Shown piece by piece: positions 9,523-18,858 of a DNA stretch of 64,000 bases. Numbering within the stretch: the stretch's first letter is position 1; every line of letters begins with the position of its first letter. The notes beneath the pieces were generated by a model, which saw only the letters and a program-made list of their open reading frames with translations, did no database searches and was not told the DNA's origin. Source of the stretch: Chthoniobacteraceae bacterium (lineage in GTDB: Bacteria; Verrucomicrobiota; Verrucomicrobiia; Chthoniobacterales; Chthoniobacteraceae); NCBI GenBank assembly GCA_031409335.1, contig JANNWY010000307.1, forward strand, positions 64,001 to 128,000, in the 5' to 3' direction. The translations under genes were made by a program, and so were the position numbers.

Positions 9523-9575
9523 CGATTCCGGACCTCTGGTTTCTGCGTTTCCGCGGAATCACCCGGTTGGGGGAT
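9523..9575 (+). promoter_or_regulatory. Conserved upstream block, copy 2, ending in CACCCGGTTGGGGGAT
   Basis: Similar to 4733-4786. Confidence 0.65.
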
Positions 9576-9722
9576 GGAAAAACACCTCACATGGCATATC
9601 GTGGCTCACCATCATGCAAAGGGTGTTCTGCCGCTCACGCACGATGGTCGCCTTTGCCGAACCACGGTTCGGTGCCTGAACTTTTTTTCGAAATACCTCC
9701 CACCCGCCATCATCCCGAATAC

Positions 9723-12700
9723 TTGATCACGCACATTCCAGACGCTCGGAGTCAAAGCGCGCCCTCCCGCCGGCCCCCGCCGCGTGGATTGCTGTCGCGC
9801 GGCTGGTGGGTGATCGTGGTCGCGCTCGCGGTGTTCACTCCGCTGGCGGGACACGCTGCGGCCATCTACGGCGAGATCAGCGACACGGAGGTGCGGTCGG
9901 ATGGCGTCGTCAGCGCTGCGAATGGCAACTCCATGCTCTCCGGGGGCTCGGGCAGCCCTATTATGGACCGCGCAGCGGTCTATGTGATCCAGTTGCCCAG
10001 CCTGGGTGCCGTGGCCAATCCCTTCACGACAGCGACTTTGCGCTTCAATCTGGCCAGCAAGACGGGCACCCCGCCGAACTTGGATCTCTACGGGCTGGGC
10101 CGCCGCGCAAGTTCCGCGGTGTTGGCGGGCGATTACTACGGCGGCACCGGCACGGCGGACCCGAGCGATGCGACGCTCCTCCAGGACAACATCCTGATCT
10201 CGACGACGGCGACCGGTGTGATTTCCACCAGTGCCACCGGCAGCACCGCACTAAAGAACTACCTCAACGCCCAATACGCCAGCGGCGCGGGCGCGGGTCA
10301 GTATGTGTTTCTGCGCGTGAGTTCCGACAGCCCTTCCACGACCGTCAAGAGTTACACCTTAACCTCGGCCGATGGCGGCACGGTCGGACCACCGGACAAG
10401 CGTCCCCAGATCAGTTACACGCTCGCCTCGCTGAGCTATGCGCGGCCTTTCATCTGGGTGCGGGATTCGGAGAAAGCGGGCATCCTTGCCAAGATCGCTG
10501 GCAACCCTTGGGCCGCGAGTGTCTATAACGGCATGGTTTCGCGCGTCGCGGCGGATGTGGCGAGTCATCAATCGAATCGCGATGCTTTCCTTCGCGGTTT
10601 GCCGGTGGACTGGACGCTGGCCACGCCCAAATTCAAGACGATCCCCGCATACTCGGAAAGCTCGGTGCGCTTTGCAGCGGAAGGCAAGTTCAATGACGGG
10701 GTGGATTGCGCGGTGCTTTACTATCTAACTGGCGATGCCAAATACGCCCGTCTTGCGGCTGATGTGCTGCATAACGCGGTGAAGACGCTGCTGCCGGTGG
10801 CTCCCTCCACGGGCACCGGCAACGGCGGCTGGATCTTTCAGGACGACTTGCTCAAGGAAGCGCGGGTGACGGGCACCCAGTTGCCCATCATCTACGATTT
10901 CCTCTACTCCTGGCTCCAGACTAACCAAGTCTATGACGTGGATACTGCGGCCATGGTCAATTTCAACTTCACCAGCGGCCAGAGCGTGTTTCGCACGCTC
11001 TATCAACTGGTGCGCGATCATGGGCAAAAGGAGAGCAACTGGTCGGCTCTAATGGCTACTTGTATGTTGAACAACCTCCTCGCGCTTGACAGCTCGACGG
11101 AGCGCGCCACGGCCTTGCAAATTTACCTCACCACCGGGACATCGCGGCAGGCTTCGCTGGACTATGACTACCGCCATTTCACCGAGGCCGGTAACATCTG
11201 GCCCGAGTCTCTCCAATACGCCGGTGCCGTGGGTTCGATCCGCACTTCCCACATGGTGCTGCTGGAGCGGGTGGATCCCAGCCTGAATCTGTTCGATCCT
11301 TACCCGAACCTGCCCCTGAGTCTTCCCCGCATCAGCTATCTGCGCTATCCCAATGGGGAACAAATCATGTTTGGCGACGGCCACCGTGCCGGGACGAACG
11401 GGTCGTTCTCCGACTACGAATTGGTCTATCAACACGCGCTGGCCCGGGGCCGCACGGATCTCACTTCGTTCTTTGGTTCGCTGATCAACGGCGGCGTGGC
11501 GGCGGGTCATTACAATCGTTCCAATCTGAGCGGCTACAGCGCTTTGGGAAACCATGATGAGCCGCTGCAACTGCTCTGGCAGGCCGCCAGCCTGTCCGAG
11601 CCAGCGGTGTCGCCGACGCTGCCGCGGACGGACACACTGCCCTTCGCGGGCGTCGCTTTGCAGCGCAATCCGGCACCCTTTAGTAATTCCACCTACGGAT
11701 TGATGGGCTTTGTCGGCGGGGCCGCGCATATCCACAGTCACGCCAGCGGCATGAGCATGGAACTCTTCGGCATGGGTGAGGTGATGGGTGCGAAGGCGGG
11801 GACCGAGAGTTATGGCTCGACCATCAACGAAAACTATTACCGGCTATTCGCCTCGAACAATACCGTCATCGTCAACGGGGCCTCGCGCGGCGAGGGAGGC
11901 TGGGGTGGCTTTGGCATCAATACGGTGCAGACGGTGGCCATGGAGCCACAGCCGTTTGCGACCGCCGTTTCACCGCATTTCTCCTTCACCACCAGCTCGT
12001 TTGCCGATGACAAGGGGACGCAGGCGGAAGGCACTCAGCAGCGCACGCTGGCGATTGTCCGCACTTCGCCGACCACGGGTTTTTACGTGGACGTGTTCCG
12101 TTCCAAATCTACCGTCACTAACCGCGTGGCGACCACCCTCACAGGCAACGTAACCAACCAGTATCACGATTACATTTATCGGAATATTGGCGAGACGGCG
12201 GTGGACCTCCGCGCCAATGGCGTGACCTTGCCGCTGACCAGCCAGACCAATCGTTTTCAAAACGACATCGGCGACGCTAACGAGCAGCCCGGCTGGCGTT
12301 ACTTCGACAACACCGTCGTCTCTAATCTGACGAGCCAATCGGTGCGGGCGCAGTTCGTGGCGACGGTCTCCGGCACCGCGCGCTACATGGACATGCACAT
12401 GCCCGCCGTGGCCAGCCGGGAGTATGCCAAAGTGGACAGCCCGGCCATCCTGGAAGCACCAAGTCCATATGACACTCGGGTGGCTCCCACGCTGGTCGTC
12501 CGCCAGATTGGCGAAGCATGGAACAAAGCCTTCGCCACCGTTTATGAACCGCACTTCGGAAGCACCGGCGGCACCGTCCAGAACGTGACGCAGTTGCTGC
12601 GCAGCGGGATCGTCGTCGGAGTGAAGGTGGAAAGCACGGTGCTCGGAAAGAATCTCGTGCAGTATATCATTTCCAATCCGGGCTCAGCGGAAACCTACAC

Positions 12701-15700
12701 CGACGCGGCCATCGGACTGTCCTTCACCGGGCGGTTTGGCATTGCTTCCGATAACGGCGACGGCACGACGACGCTCTATCTCGGCGTGGGCTCGTCCCTA
12801 TCTTATCGCGGCAATTCAGTGGCAACCGCGAGTGCAGCCAGCTCGCAGGCAGAGGTTCGTTTCGTGCCAGGGCAGACTCCCGTCATCACCGCCAATACGA
12901 CGGTGAATGTGATCTCCGCGCCTCCGCCGCCTGGCGGCAATTGGGTTCCCACGGTCGGTGGCGCAGGTTTTGACTGGACCAACACAACCAACTGGAACCC
13001 GGCGGTTGTCCCTAACAGCGTTGGCGGCATCGCCAGGAAAAACATCAACCTTACTGGCGACCAAACGGTGAACGTCAACACGCCCATCACACTTGGCGAA
13101 CTGGTCGTCGGGGACAGCAGCGGCAGCGAGAACACCACGCTGCAAAAGAACACTAGCGGCTCCTTCGTGTTCGACCAGACGGACGCTGGCCTGGCTTACC
13201 TGACGCGCACGGCAGGCGGGACCGGCACCGTTACCTTCGCGAGTGACCTCAACATCACCCTCAACGACAACCTGACCGTTCGTCTCGCGGGCGGCTCCGC
13301 CAGTTCGACAATGGTCATCGCGGGCACTCTAGCAGGTTCCGACAAGAGCCTGAGCAAGGAGGGCGACAGCCTGACCCTGGCTCTCGCTGGTGCCAACACC
13401 TACTCCGGCGCGACGCGGATTTTGGGTGGCATCCTCAGTCTGGACCACGGCATGGCGATGCAGAACAGCGAACTGGACACCCTCAACAGCGACACTGGAG
13501 ACGCGACCAACGGCCTTCGCACAACGATGACCACCCTGACGCTCGGCGGCCTCACAGGTGACAAATCCCTCGCCTCGGTCTTCACGACTACCTCTGGCGG
13601 TTACTCCGGTGTGACCGCGCTGACGCTGAATACCGAAACCGGAGCTGCCCCCAGCTATTCCGGCGGTATCGCCAATGGAGCCATCGGCATGACGCTCACC
13701 AAGACCGGGCCGGGGACTCAAACCCTCGCCGGGACAAACACCTATACCGGCAACACCACAGTCGCCGCGAATTCCGGCACGCTGGAAATCAGCGGACCTG
13801 GCAAGCTCGGCAATGGCGCCTATGCGGGGGCCATCACGATCGGCAGCGGTTCGGTTTTCAGATACAGCAGCACCGCCGCACAGACGCTCGACGGTGCCAT
13901 CAGCGGAACGGGAGCGCTCGCCAAGAGCACCAACTCCAGCACTTTAACTCTTGGCGGCGCTAACACCTCTTTCACTGGCTCCGTCACGGTCTCTTCCGGC
14001 ATGCTAGTCCTGGACCATGCCAACGCCTTGAGCAGCGCCAGCGCGATCTCGCTTTCGGGTGCTGCCTCACTCAAGCCGACGGTTCAGAATGCGACCATCA
14101 TCGCACCCATCACCCTGAACAGCAACCCGACGATCCATGCTCCTGATTTCGGTAGCGGCAGCACCACCTCAACCTTGACCCTTGCTGGTGCGATCTCTGG
14201 CTCCGGCAATTTGACATTAAGTTCCACCTCCGCCGTTGCCTCGAACTCTTCGCAAACCATCCGGCTCAACGCCCAAAGCGGCTACACTGGCAGCACCACC
14301 TTCAATCCCGCTGAAAACGACGCCAATCTCATCGTCAAGCTCGGCATCACCAACGCCCTGCCACCGGCCACCGTGCTTTCGATCAATGGCGTCGTTGGCG
14401 GCGGATCCGGCCGGTCAAACAAGTTCGACCTCAACGGCTTCAGCCAAACACTCGGCGGACTACAAAACACTGCGGCCAACTCAAGAACCCAGCAGATACT
14501 CAACTCCTCCACCACCGCCACGCTCACGATCAACAACACCGCCGACTACACCTTTTCCGGTGATATCGACGGCACCAATCTCAGCCTGACCAAAACGGGC
14601 TCCGGCACGCAGACTCTCTCGGGCACCAACAGCTACACCGGCACCACCACCCTCAACGCAGGCAAACTACGGGGAGTCGTCGGCGGAAATTGTGTGAACT
14701 CTGCCGTCACCCTCAACAACTCCGCAACGACTCTCGGCGTTTCCATTTCTGACAACACCAAGATCTGGACCTGTGCCGCCCTCACCACCAGCGCCGCAGG
14801 GAAATTGGAGTTCGACTTCGGCGCCATCCTGCCCGGAACCATCAGTCCGCTGACCATCACGGGGCTGGCGAGTTTTGCGACAACCCCCACGGTGCGCGTC
14901 ATCGTGAGCACTGGCCTCGCGCCGGGCACCTATCCGTTGATTTCGTGGGGCTCTACGTCCGGGACGGTTCCTTCGGTGGTGTCCGTGTTGAAGCCGGATG
15001 GGACAAACGGTCTCGCTGGCGGCACCGTGGCCAGCCTCAGCGTGGTCGGCACCAAACTCAATCTGGTCATCACCGCCAACGTATCCACGCTCACCAAGGC
15101 CAACAACGCGACCAACCTCAATGTCGGCACCAGTTGGGTTGGCAATCTGGCACCGGGCTTGGCCTCCACCGCTAGGTGGAACAGTACAGTCACCGCCGCC
15201 AACACCACCGTCCTGGGTGCGAATATGACTTGGGCTGGCATCATCGTCGCAAATCCCACTGGCACGGTGACCATCAACGCGGGTCACACGCTCACTCTCG
15301 GAGAAAATGACAATGACATTGATCTGAGCGCGGCCACCGCCAACCTGACTTTGAACTGCCCGCTCACGCTCGGCGACGCCAACGTCTGGAATGTCACCAC
15401 GGGGCGGACATTGACCATCGGTGGCGTAGTTTCCGGTGCCTTCCCCGTCACCAAAGAAGGTGCAGGCACGGCGATCCTTTCCGGGACAAACACCTACACC
15501 GGTGACACCGCGATCTCCGCGAACTCCGGCACACTTGATATTGGCGGAGCTGGCAAGCTCGGCAATGGGACTTACGCCGGAGCCATCGAAATCGGAAGTG
15601 GCTCGCTTTTCAAATACAGCAGCAGCGCCGCCCAGACACTCAGCGGAGCCATCAGCGGAGCGGGGGCAATTATTAAAAACACTGGCACCAGCACGCTGAC

Positions 15701-18401
15701 ACTCAGCGGCGCAAACACCTCCTTCACCGGAGCCCTTACAGTCAATGCTGGCACGCTTAGCTTGGGCCACATCAATGCCTTGGGCGGCACCAGTGCAATC
15801 ACACTCACTGGTGGCACCACGCTTTCCACCAGCACCACTGGCATATCCACGAACGCGCCGATCACTCTGGGCGCCACTGGCACCGATTCCACGGTGGCAT
15901 TTGGTCGGGCCACAGCGGCCACGGGCTCGATCACACTCAACGGCTCAATCAGCGGCGCTGGCGATCTGATCTTTACCACGCCCAACAATAGTAGCGGCAA
16001 CAACCTGCAAACCATCTTGCTCGGATCGACGAATACCTACAGCGGCAGCACCCTCATCACGACCGGAAATACAGGCAACACCATGACGGTCAAATCCGGA
16101 GTCGCCAACGCTTTGCCGACGACCACCGTGCTCACCTTGGACGGCGGCAACGGCAGCGGCACCGGTCGGACGACCTCGTATGATCTAAACGGCTACAACC
16201 AAACCCTCGCTGGCCTGACTAACACCACGGGCCTGACATTGCGCAACCAGAGAATTTTCAACAGCGGCGGCGAAGCTGCGATACTCGCGATCAACAATTC
16301 CGCGAGCTACAGCTTTTCCGGCAACATCAACGGTGCCGGCCTGGAGTTGCTCAAATCGGGTGCTGGCACCCAGACTCTCTCGGGTGCGAACACCTACAAC
16401 GGCAGCACCACGATCAGCGCAGGCATCCTCAGCCTCGGCCACAGCCAAGCGATGCAAAACAGTGCGTTGGAAACATTCGACAGCGTCGCGGGCAACGCGA
16501 CCAGCGGCCTCAGAACCACGGTGACCACTTTGACGCTCGGCGGACTCACCGGCGACAGAGCCCTCGCTTCCGTCTTCACGACCACTTCCGGCGGGTACTC
16601 GGGAGTGACCGCGCTGACGCTGAATCCCGACACCGGAGCCACCCACAGCTACTCCGGCATCATCGCCAACGGAGCCGCCGGCATGACCCTCTCCAAGACC
16701 GGTCTAGGCACCCAGATCCTCTCCGGGGCTGACACCTACACCGGCCTGACCAATGTCACTGCGGGCACCCTGACGCTTTCTGGCAACCGCACAACTCAGG
16801 CGACCGGTGGTTTCAGTATCGGCACGGTGACCGGGAGCACAGGCACTTTGAACGTCACGAACGGCGCATTCACGGTTGGAACCTCTGGATCGAATTTTCT
16901 CGTCGGCAACGGCACCGACAGCACAGGCATCCTCAATCAATCCGGCGGCAGCCTGACGACCATCGGCAACCAGTTGCTAGTCGGGAATGGTGATTCCACC
17001 GGCATCTACAATCTCAGCGCAGGAACGCTCACCACGGTCGCCGGTTCACTCGGCGTCACAATCGGAGTCAACACGGGTGCCACTGCCACCTTCAACCTCA
17101 GCGGCACGGGCACACTCACCATGCCCGCGGACTCCACTCTGCAAATCTGCCGCTCGGATAGTAACGCGGCATCAGGCGTGACCGGCACCTTTTCACAGAC
17201 AGGTGGAACCGCCACGGTTGGAATCCTTCAGATGGGTGGCAGCGCTACGACCCCTGCCAACAATGCCAATGCCAATGCCACTCTGAGCCTCGCTGGGGGC
17301 AGTTTCTCGGTCACGACGTTCAGCGTCCTCTCGGGTGCCGACAACAGCACCTCCACGATCAACATCGGCGGCACGGCCATTGTCACCCTGCCCGCCTTCC
17401 CGACCGTGCGCGGCTCGGGTTCCACGGCGACCCTCTATTTCGACGGCGGCATCCTCAAATCGCTCGCCTCCAGCACCGCCTACCTCGGCGGCCTCACCAA
17501 TGCCTTCATCAAGGCCGGCGGCGCCACCTTCGATACCACCAATGGCAGCATCACCATCAGCCAGACCCTCCTGACGGATGCAGTCTCCACCGGCGGCGGC
17601 CTCACCAAGAATGGGTCCAACACTCTCACCCTCACTGGCGCGAACACCTACACTGGTGACACGACCGTCACCGCTGGCTCGCTGGCCTTGGGCGCGAGCA
17701 ACGTCCTGCCCGACAGCGCGGCGGTCTCCATCGGCAACGCCACACTCGATGCGGCGACCTTTACCGACACCGTCGGAACCCTAGACGTCACGGGCACATC
17801 CACCATCAATCTAGGTGCCAGTCCCGCCCTGGCCTTCGCCAACAGCAGCGCGATCGACTGGACCGGCGGCACGCTCAATCTCACTGGAACCTTCGTATCC
17901 GGCGCGTCCCTCCGCTTCGGCACGAATAGCAGTGGCCTGACACCCACCCAGCTTACCCTCATCTCAGCACCCGGATTCAATTCCTTCGCCCTGAATGCAA
18001 GCGGCTACCTAACGGCCAGCGTGCCAACCGCTTTCTCCTCGTGGATCACCGGCACCTTCACCGGCGGGGCGAGCGTCCCGGTGAATCAGCAAGGCCCCAA
18101 TGACGACCCCGACAACGACGGCATCAGCAATCTCCTGGAATACGCCGTGGCCGGTCAGGATCCGACGGTATCTAGCGCCTCCGTCGGCACCTTCAGCGAC
18201 AACACCCTCAGCTTCACCAAGCGCCCCGGCACCAGCGGCCTTACCTACTCGATTCAGGACTCCACCGACCTCGGCGTGACCGACGCTTGGACGGAGGTCG
18301 CGGCCGGCTCCTACGTGAACAGCGCGACCACCATCTCCTACACCCTCACACCGGGCACCCCGGTGAGCTACTTCCTGCGTCTCCTGATCCTGCAGAACTG
18401 A
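9723..18401 (+). CDS. Heparinase II/III-like polysaccharide lyase fused to a long PATR repeat stalk and a verrucomicrobial-type C-terminal domain
   Basis: Signal-like WWVIVVALAVFTPLAGHA. Toroid motifs ESNW and WPESLQY; HIHSHASGMSMELFG and NNTVIVNG. PATR repeats from ~12950. C-terminal DPDNDGISNLLEY..STDL..W..FLRL. Start placed at TTG 9723 (track ORF 9342 runs through the promoter block). Confidence 0.85.
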   Translation: MITHIPDARSQSAPSRRPPPRGLLSRGWWVIVVALAVFTPLAGHAAAIYGEISDTEVRSDGVVSAANGNSMLSGGSGSPIMDRAAVYVIQLPSLGAVANPFTTATLRFNLASKTGTPPNLDLYGLGRRASSAVLAGDYYGGTGTADPSDATLLQDNILISTTATGVISTSATGSTALKNYLNAQYASGAGAGQYVFLRVSSDSPSTTVKSYTLTSADGGTVGPPDKRPQISYTLASLSYARPFIWVRDSEKAGILAKIAGNPWAASVYNGMVSRVAADVASHQSNRDAFLRGLPVDWTLATPKFKTIPAYSESSVRFAAEGKFNDGVDCAVLYYLTGDAKYARLAADVLHNAVKTLLPVAPSTGTGNGGWIFQDDLLKEARVTGTQLPIIYDFLYSWLQTNQVYDVDTAAMVNFNFTSGQSVFRTLYQLVRDHGQKESNWSALMATCMLNNLLALDSSTERATALQIYLTTGTSRQASLDYDYRHFTEAGNIWPESLQYAGAVGSIRTSHMVLLERVDPSLNLFDPYPNLPLSLPRISYLRYPNGEQIMFGDGHRAGTNGSFSDYELVYQHALARGRTDLTSFFGSLINGGVAAGHYNRSNLSGYSALGNHDEPLQLLWQAASLSEPAVSPTLPRTDTLPFAGVALQRNPAPFSNSTYGLMGFVGGAAHIHSHASGMSMELFGMGEVMGAKAGTESYGSTINENYYRLFASNNTVIVNGASRGEGGWGGFGINTVQTVAMEPQPFATAVSPHFSFTTSSFADDKGTQAEGTQQRTLAIVRTSPTTGFYVDVFRSKSTVTNRVATTLTGNVTNQYHDYIYRNIGETAVDLRANGVTLPLTSQTNRFQNDIGDANEQPGWRYFDNTVVSNLTSQSVRAQFVATVSGTARYMDMHMPAVASREYAKVDSPAILEAPSPYDTRVAPTLVVRQIGEAWNKAFATVYEPHFGSTGGTVQNVTQLLRSGIVVGVKVESTVLGKNLVQYIISNPGSAETYTDAAIGLSFTGRFGIASDNGDGTTTLYLGVGSSLSYRGNSVATASAASSQAEVRFVPGQTPVITANTTVNVISAPPPPGGNWVPTVGGAGFDWTNTTNWNPAVVPNSVGGIARKNINLTGDQTVNVNTPITLGELVVGDSSGSENTTLQKNTSGSFVFDQTDAGLAYLTRTAGGTGTVTFASDLNITLNDNLTVRLAGGSASSTMVIAGTLAGSDKSLSKEGDSLTLALAGANTYSGATRILGGILSLDHGMAMQNSELDTLNSDTGDATNGLRTTMTTLTLGGLTGDKSLASVFTTTSGGYSGVTALTLNTETGAAPSYSGGIANGAIGMTLTKTGPGTQTLAGTNTYTGNTTVAANSGTLEISGPGKLGNGAYAGAITIGSGSVFRYSSTAAQTLDGAISGTGALAKSTNSSTLTLGGANTSFTGSVTVSSGMLVLDHANALSSASAISLSGAASLKPTVQNATIIAPITLNSNPTIHAPDFGSGSTTSTLTLAGAISGSGNLTLSSTSAVASNSSQTIRLNAQSGYTGSTTFNPAENDANLIVKLGITNALPPATVLSINGVVGGGSGRSNKFDLNGFSQTLGGLQNTAANSRTQQILNSSTTATLTINNTADYTFSGDIDGTNLSLTKTGSGTQTLSGTNSYTGTTTLNAGKLRGVVGGNCVNSAVTLNNSATTLGVSISDNTKIWTCAALTTSAAGKLEFDFGAILPGTISPLTITGLASFATTPTVRVIVSTGLAPGTYPLISWGSTSGTVPSVVSVLKPDGTNGLAGGTVASLSVVGTKLNLVITANVSTLTKANNATNLNVGTSWVGNLAPGLASTARWNSTVTAANTTVLGANMTWAGIIVANPTGTVTINAGHTLTLGENDNDIDLSAATANLTLNCPLTLGDANVWNVTTGRTLTIGGVVSGAFPVTKEGAGTAILSGTNTYTGDTAISANSGTLDIGGAGKLGNGTYAGAIEIGSGSLFKYSSSAAQTLSGAISGAGAIIKNTGTSTLTLSGANTSFTGALTVNAGTLSLGHINALGGTSAITLTGGTTLSTSTTGISTNAPITLGATGTDSTVAFGRATAATGSITLNGSISGAGDLIFTTPNNSSGNNLQTILLGSTNTYSGSTLITTGNTGNTMTVKSGVANALPTTTVLTLDGGNGSGTGRTTSYDLNGYNQTLAGLTNTTGLTLRNQRIFNSGGEAAILAINNSASYSFSGNINGAGLELLKSGAGTQTLSGANTYNGSTTISAGILSLGHSQAMQNSALETFDSVAGNATSGLRTTVTTLTLGGLTGDRALASVFTTTSGGYSGVTALTLNPDTGATHSYSGIIANGAAGMTLSKTGLGTQILSGADTYTGLTNVTAGTLTLSGNRTTQATGGFSIGTVTGSTGTLNVTNGAFTVGTSGSNFLVGNGTDSTGILNQSGGSLTTIGNQLLVGNGDSTGIYNLSAGTLTTVAGSLGVTIGVNTGATATFNLSGTGTLTMPADSTLQICRSDSNAASGVTGTFSQTGGTATVGILQMGGSATTPANNANANATLSLAGGSFSVTTFSVLSGADNSTSTINIGGTAIVTLPAFPTVRGSGSTATLYFDGGILKSLASSTAYLGGLTNAFIKAGGATFDTTNGSITISQTLLTDAVSTGGGLTKNGSNTLTLTGANTYTGDTTVTAGSLALGASNVLPDSAAVSIGNATLDAATFTDTVGTLDVTGTSTINLGASPALAFANSSAIDWTGGTLNLTGTFVSGASLRFGTNSSGLTPTQLTLISAPGFNSFALNASGYLTASVPTAFSSWITGTFTGGASVPVNQQGPNDDPDNDGISNLLEYAVAGQDPTVSSASVGTFSDNTLSFTKRPGTSGLTYSIQDSTDLGVTDAWTEVAAGSYVNSATTISYTLTPGTPVSYFLRLLILQN

Positions 18402-18502
18402 AGAGCGGATTCCTCCTCTTTCCATCAGCAATCCAAAATCCACCATCCCGCCTCACCCGACATCTTGTGAGCACAGTCACCAAACCACTATCGCCCGCCG
18501 CC

Positions 18503-18538
18503 ATGAACCACGCCCCTTCGTCCAAGCCCGCTATCCTC
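18503..18538 (+). pseudogene. Orphan 5' end (12 codons) of a paralog of the 4851 PEP-CTERM gene
   Basis: MNHAPSSKPAIL versus MNYAPSSKPAIL; 33/36 nt identical by eye; similar upstream leader. Confidence 0.85.
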
Positions 18539-18679
18539 CACGCGCCACAGCTTTTCATTCCCCTCCCAGCCCGCGAGCGTTTTGCCATCAAACATCGGCG
18601 TGGTTTTCCCCACCGGAGGAGGCGGCTCGGCGTGGAGGGTGAATGAGCCAAAGACGAGGAGGACGAGCAGGGGTTTCAT
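18533..18679 (-). pseudogene. Truncated DUF1080 (3-keto-disaccharide hydrolase-like) gene 5' end
   Basis: Signal peptide MKPLLVLLVFGSFTLHA, then PMFDGKTLAGWEG..WRVED (typical DUF1080 N-terminus); similarity stops abruptly. Confidence 0.8.
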
Positions 18680-18768
18680 GGATGGAAAGGTTGCTTGGTG
18701 TGAATCCGATCGTCGAGGTTGTCTTGGGGAAAGTCGGGCAACGCATGCGCCCATCCGCGCGGCGCGAA

Positions 18769-18808
18769 TTTCCATCAAATCGTTGCTTCAACGTCATCAC
18801 GATGTCAC
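18769..18808 (+). promoter_or_regulatory. Pho-box-like direct repeats upstream of phoD
   Basis: TTTCCAT-caaa-TCGTTGC-ttca-ACGTCAT-cacg-ATGTCAC; 11-bp period. Confidence 0.65.
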
Positions 18809-18858
18809 GGCGCTCCACTTCACTCGGAGGAGCTTTTCAAACCACAAACCCTGCACCC

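Noticed and set aside
9591..9620. Sigma-54 promoter (TGGCAT/TGGCTC..GC)
   Set aside because: GG-to-GC spacing is off by one base in both candidates.
9342..9722. N-terminal extension of the 3019-aa track ORF
   Set aside because: It runs through a palindromic repeat and the conserved promoter block; the signal peptide begins only after ~9723.
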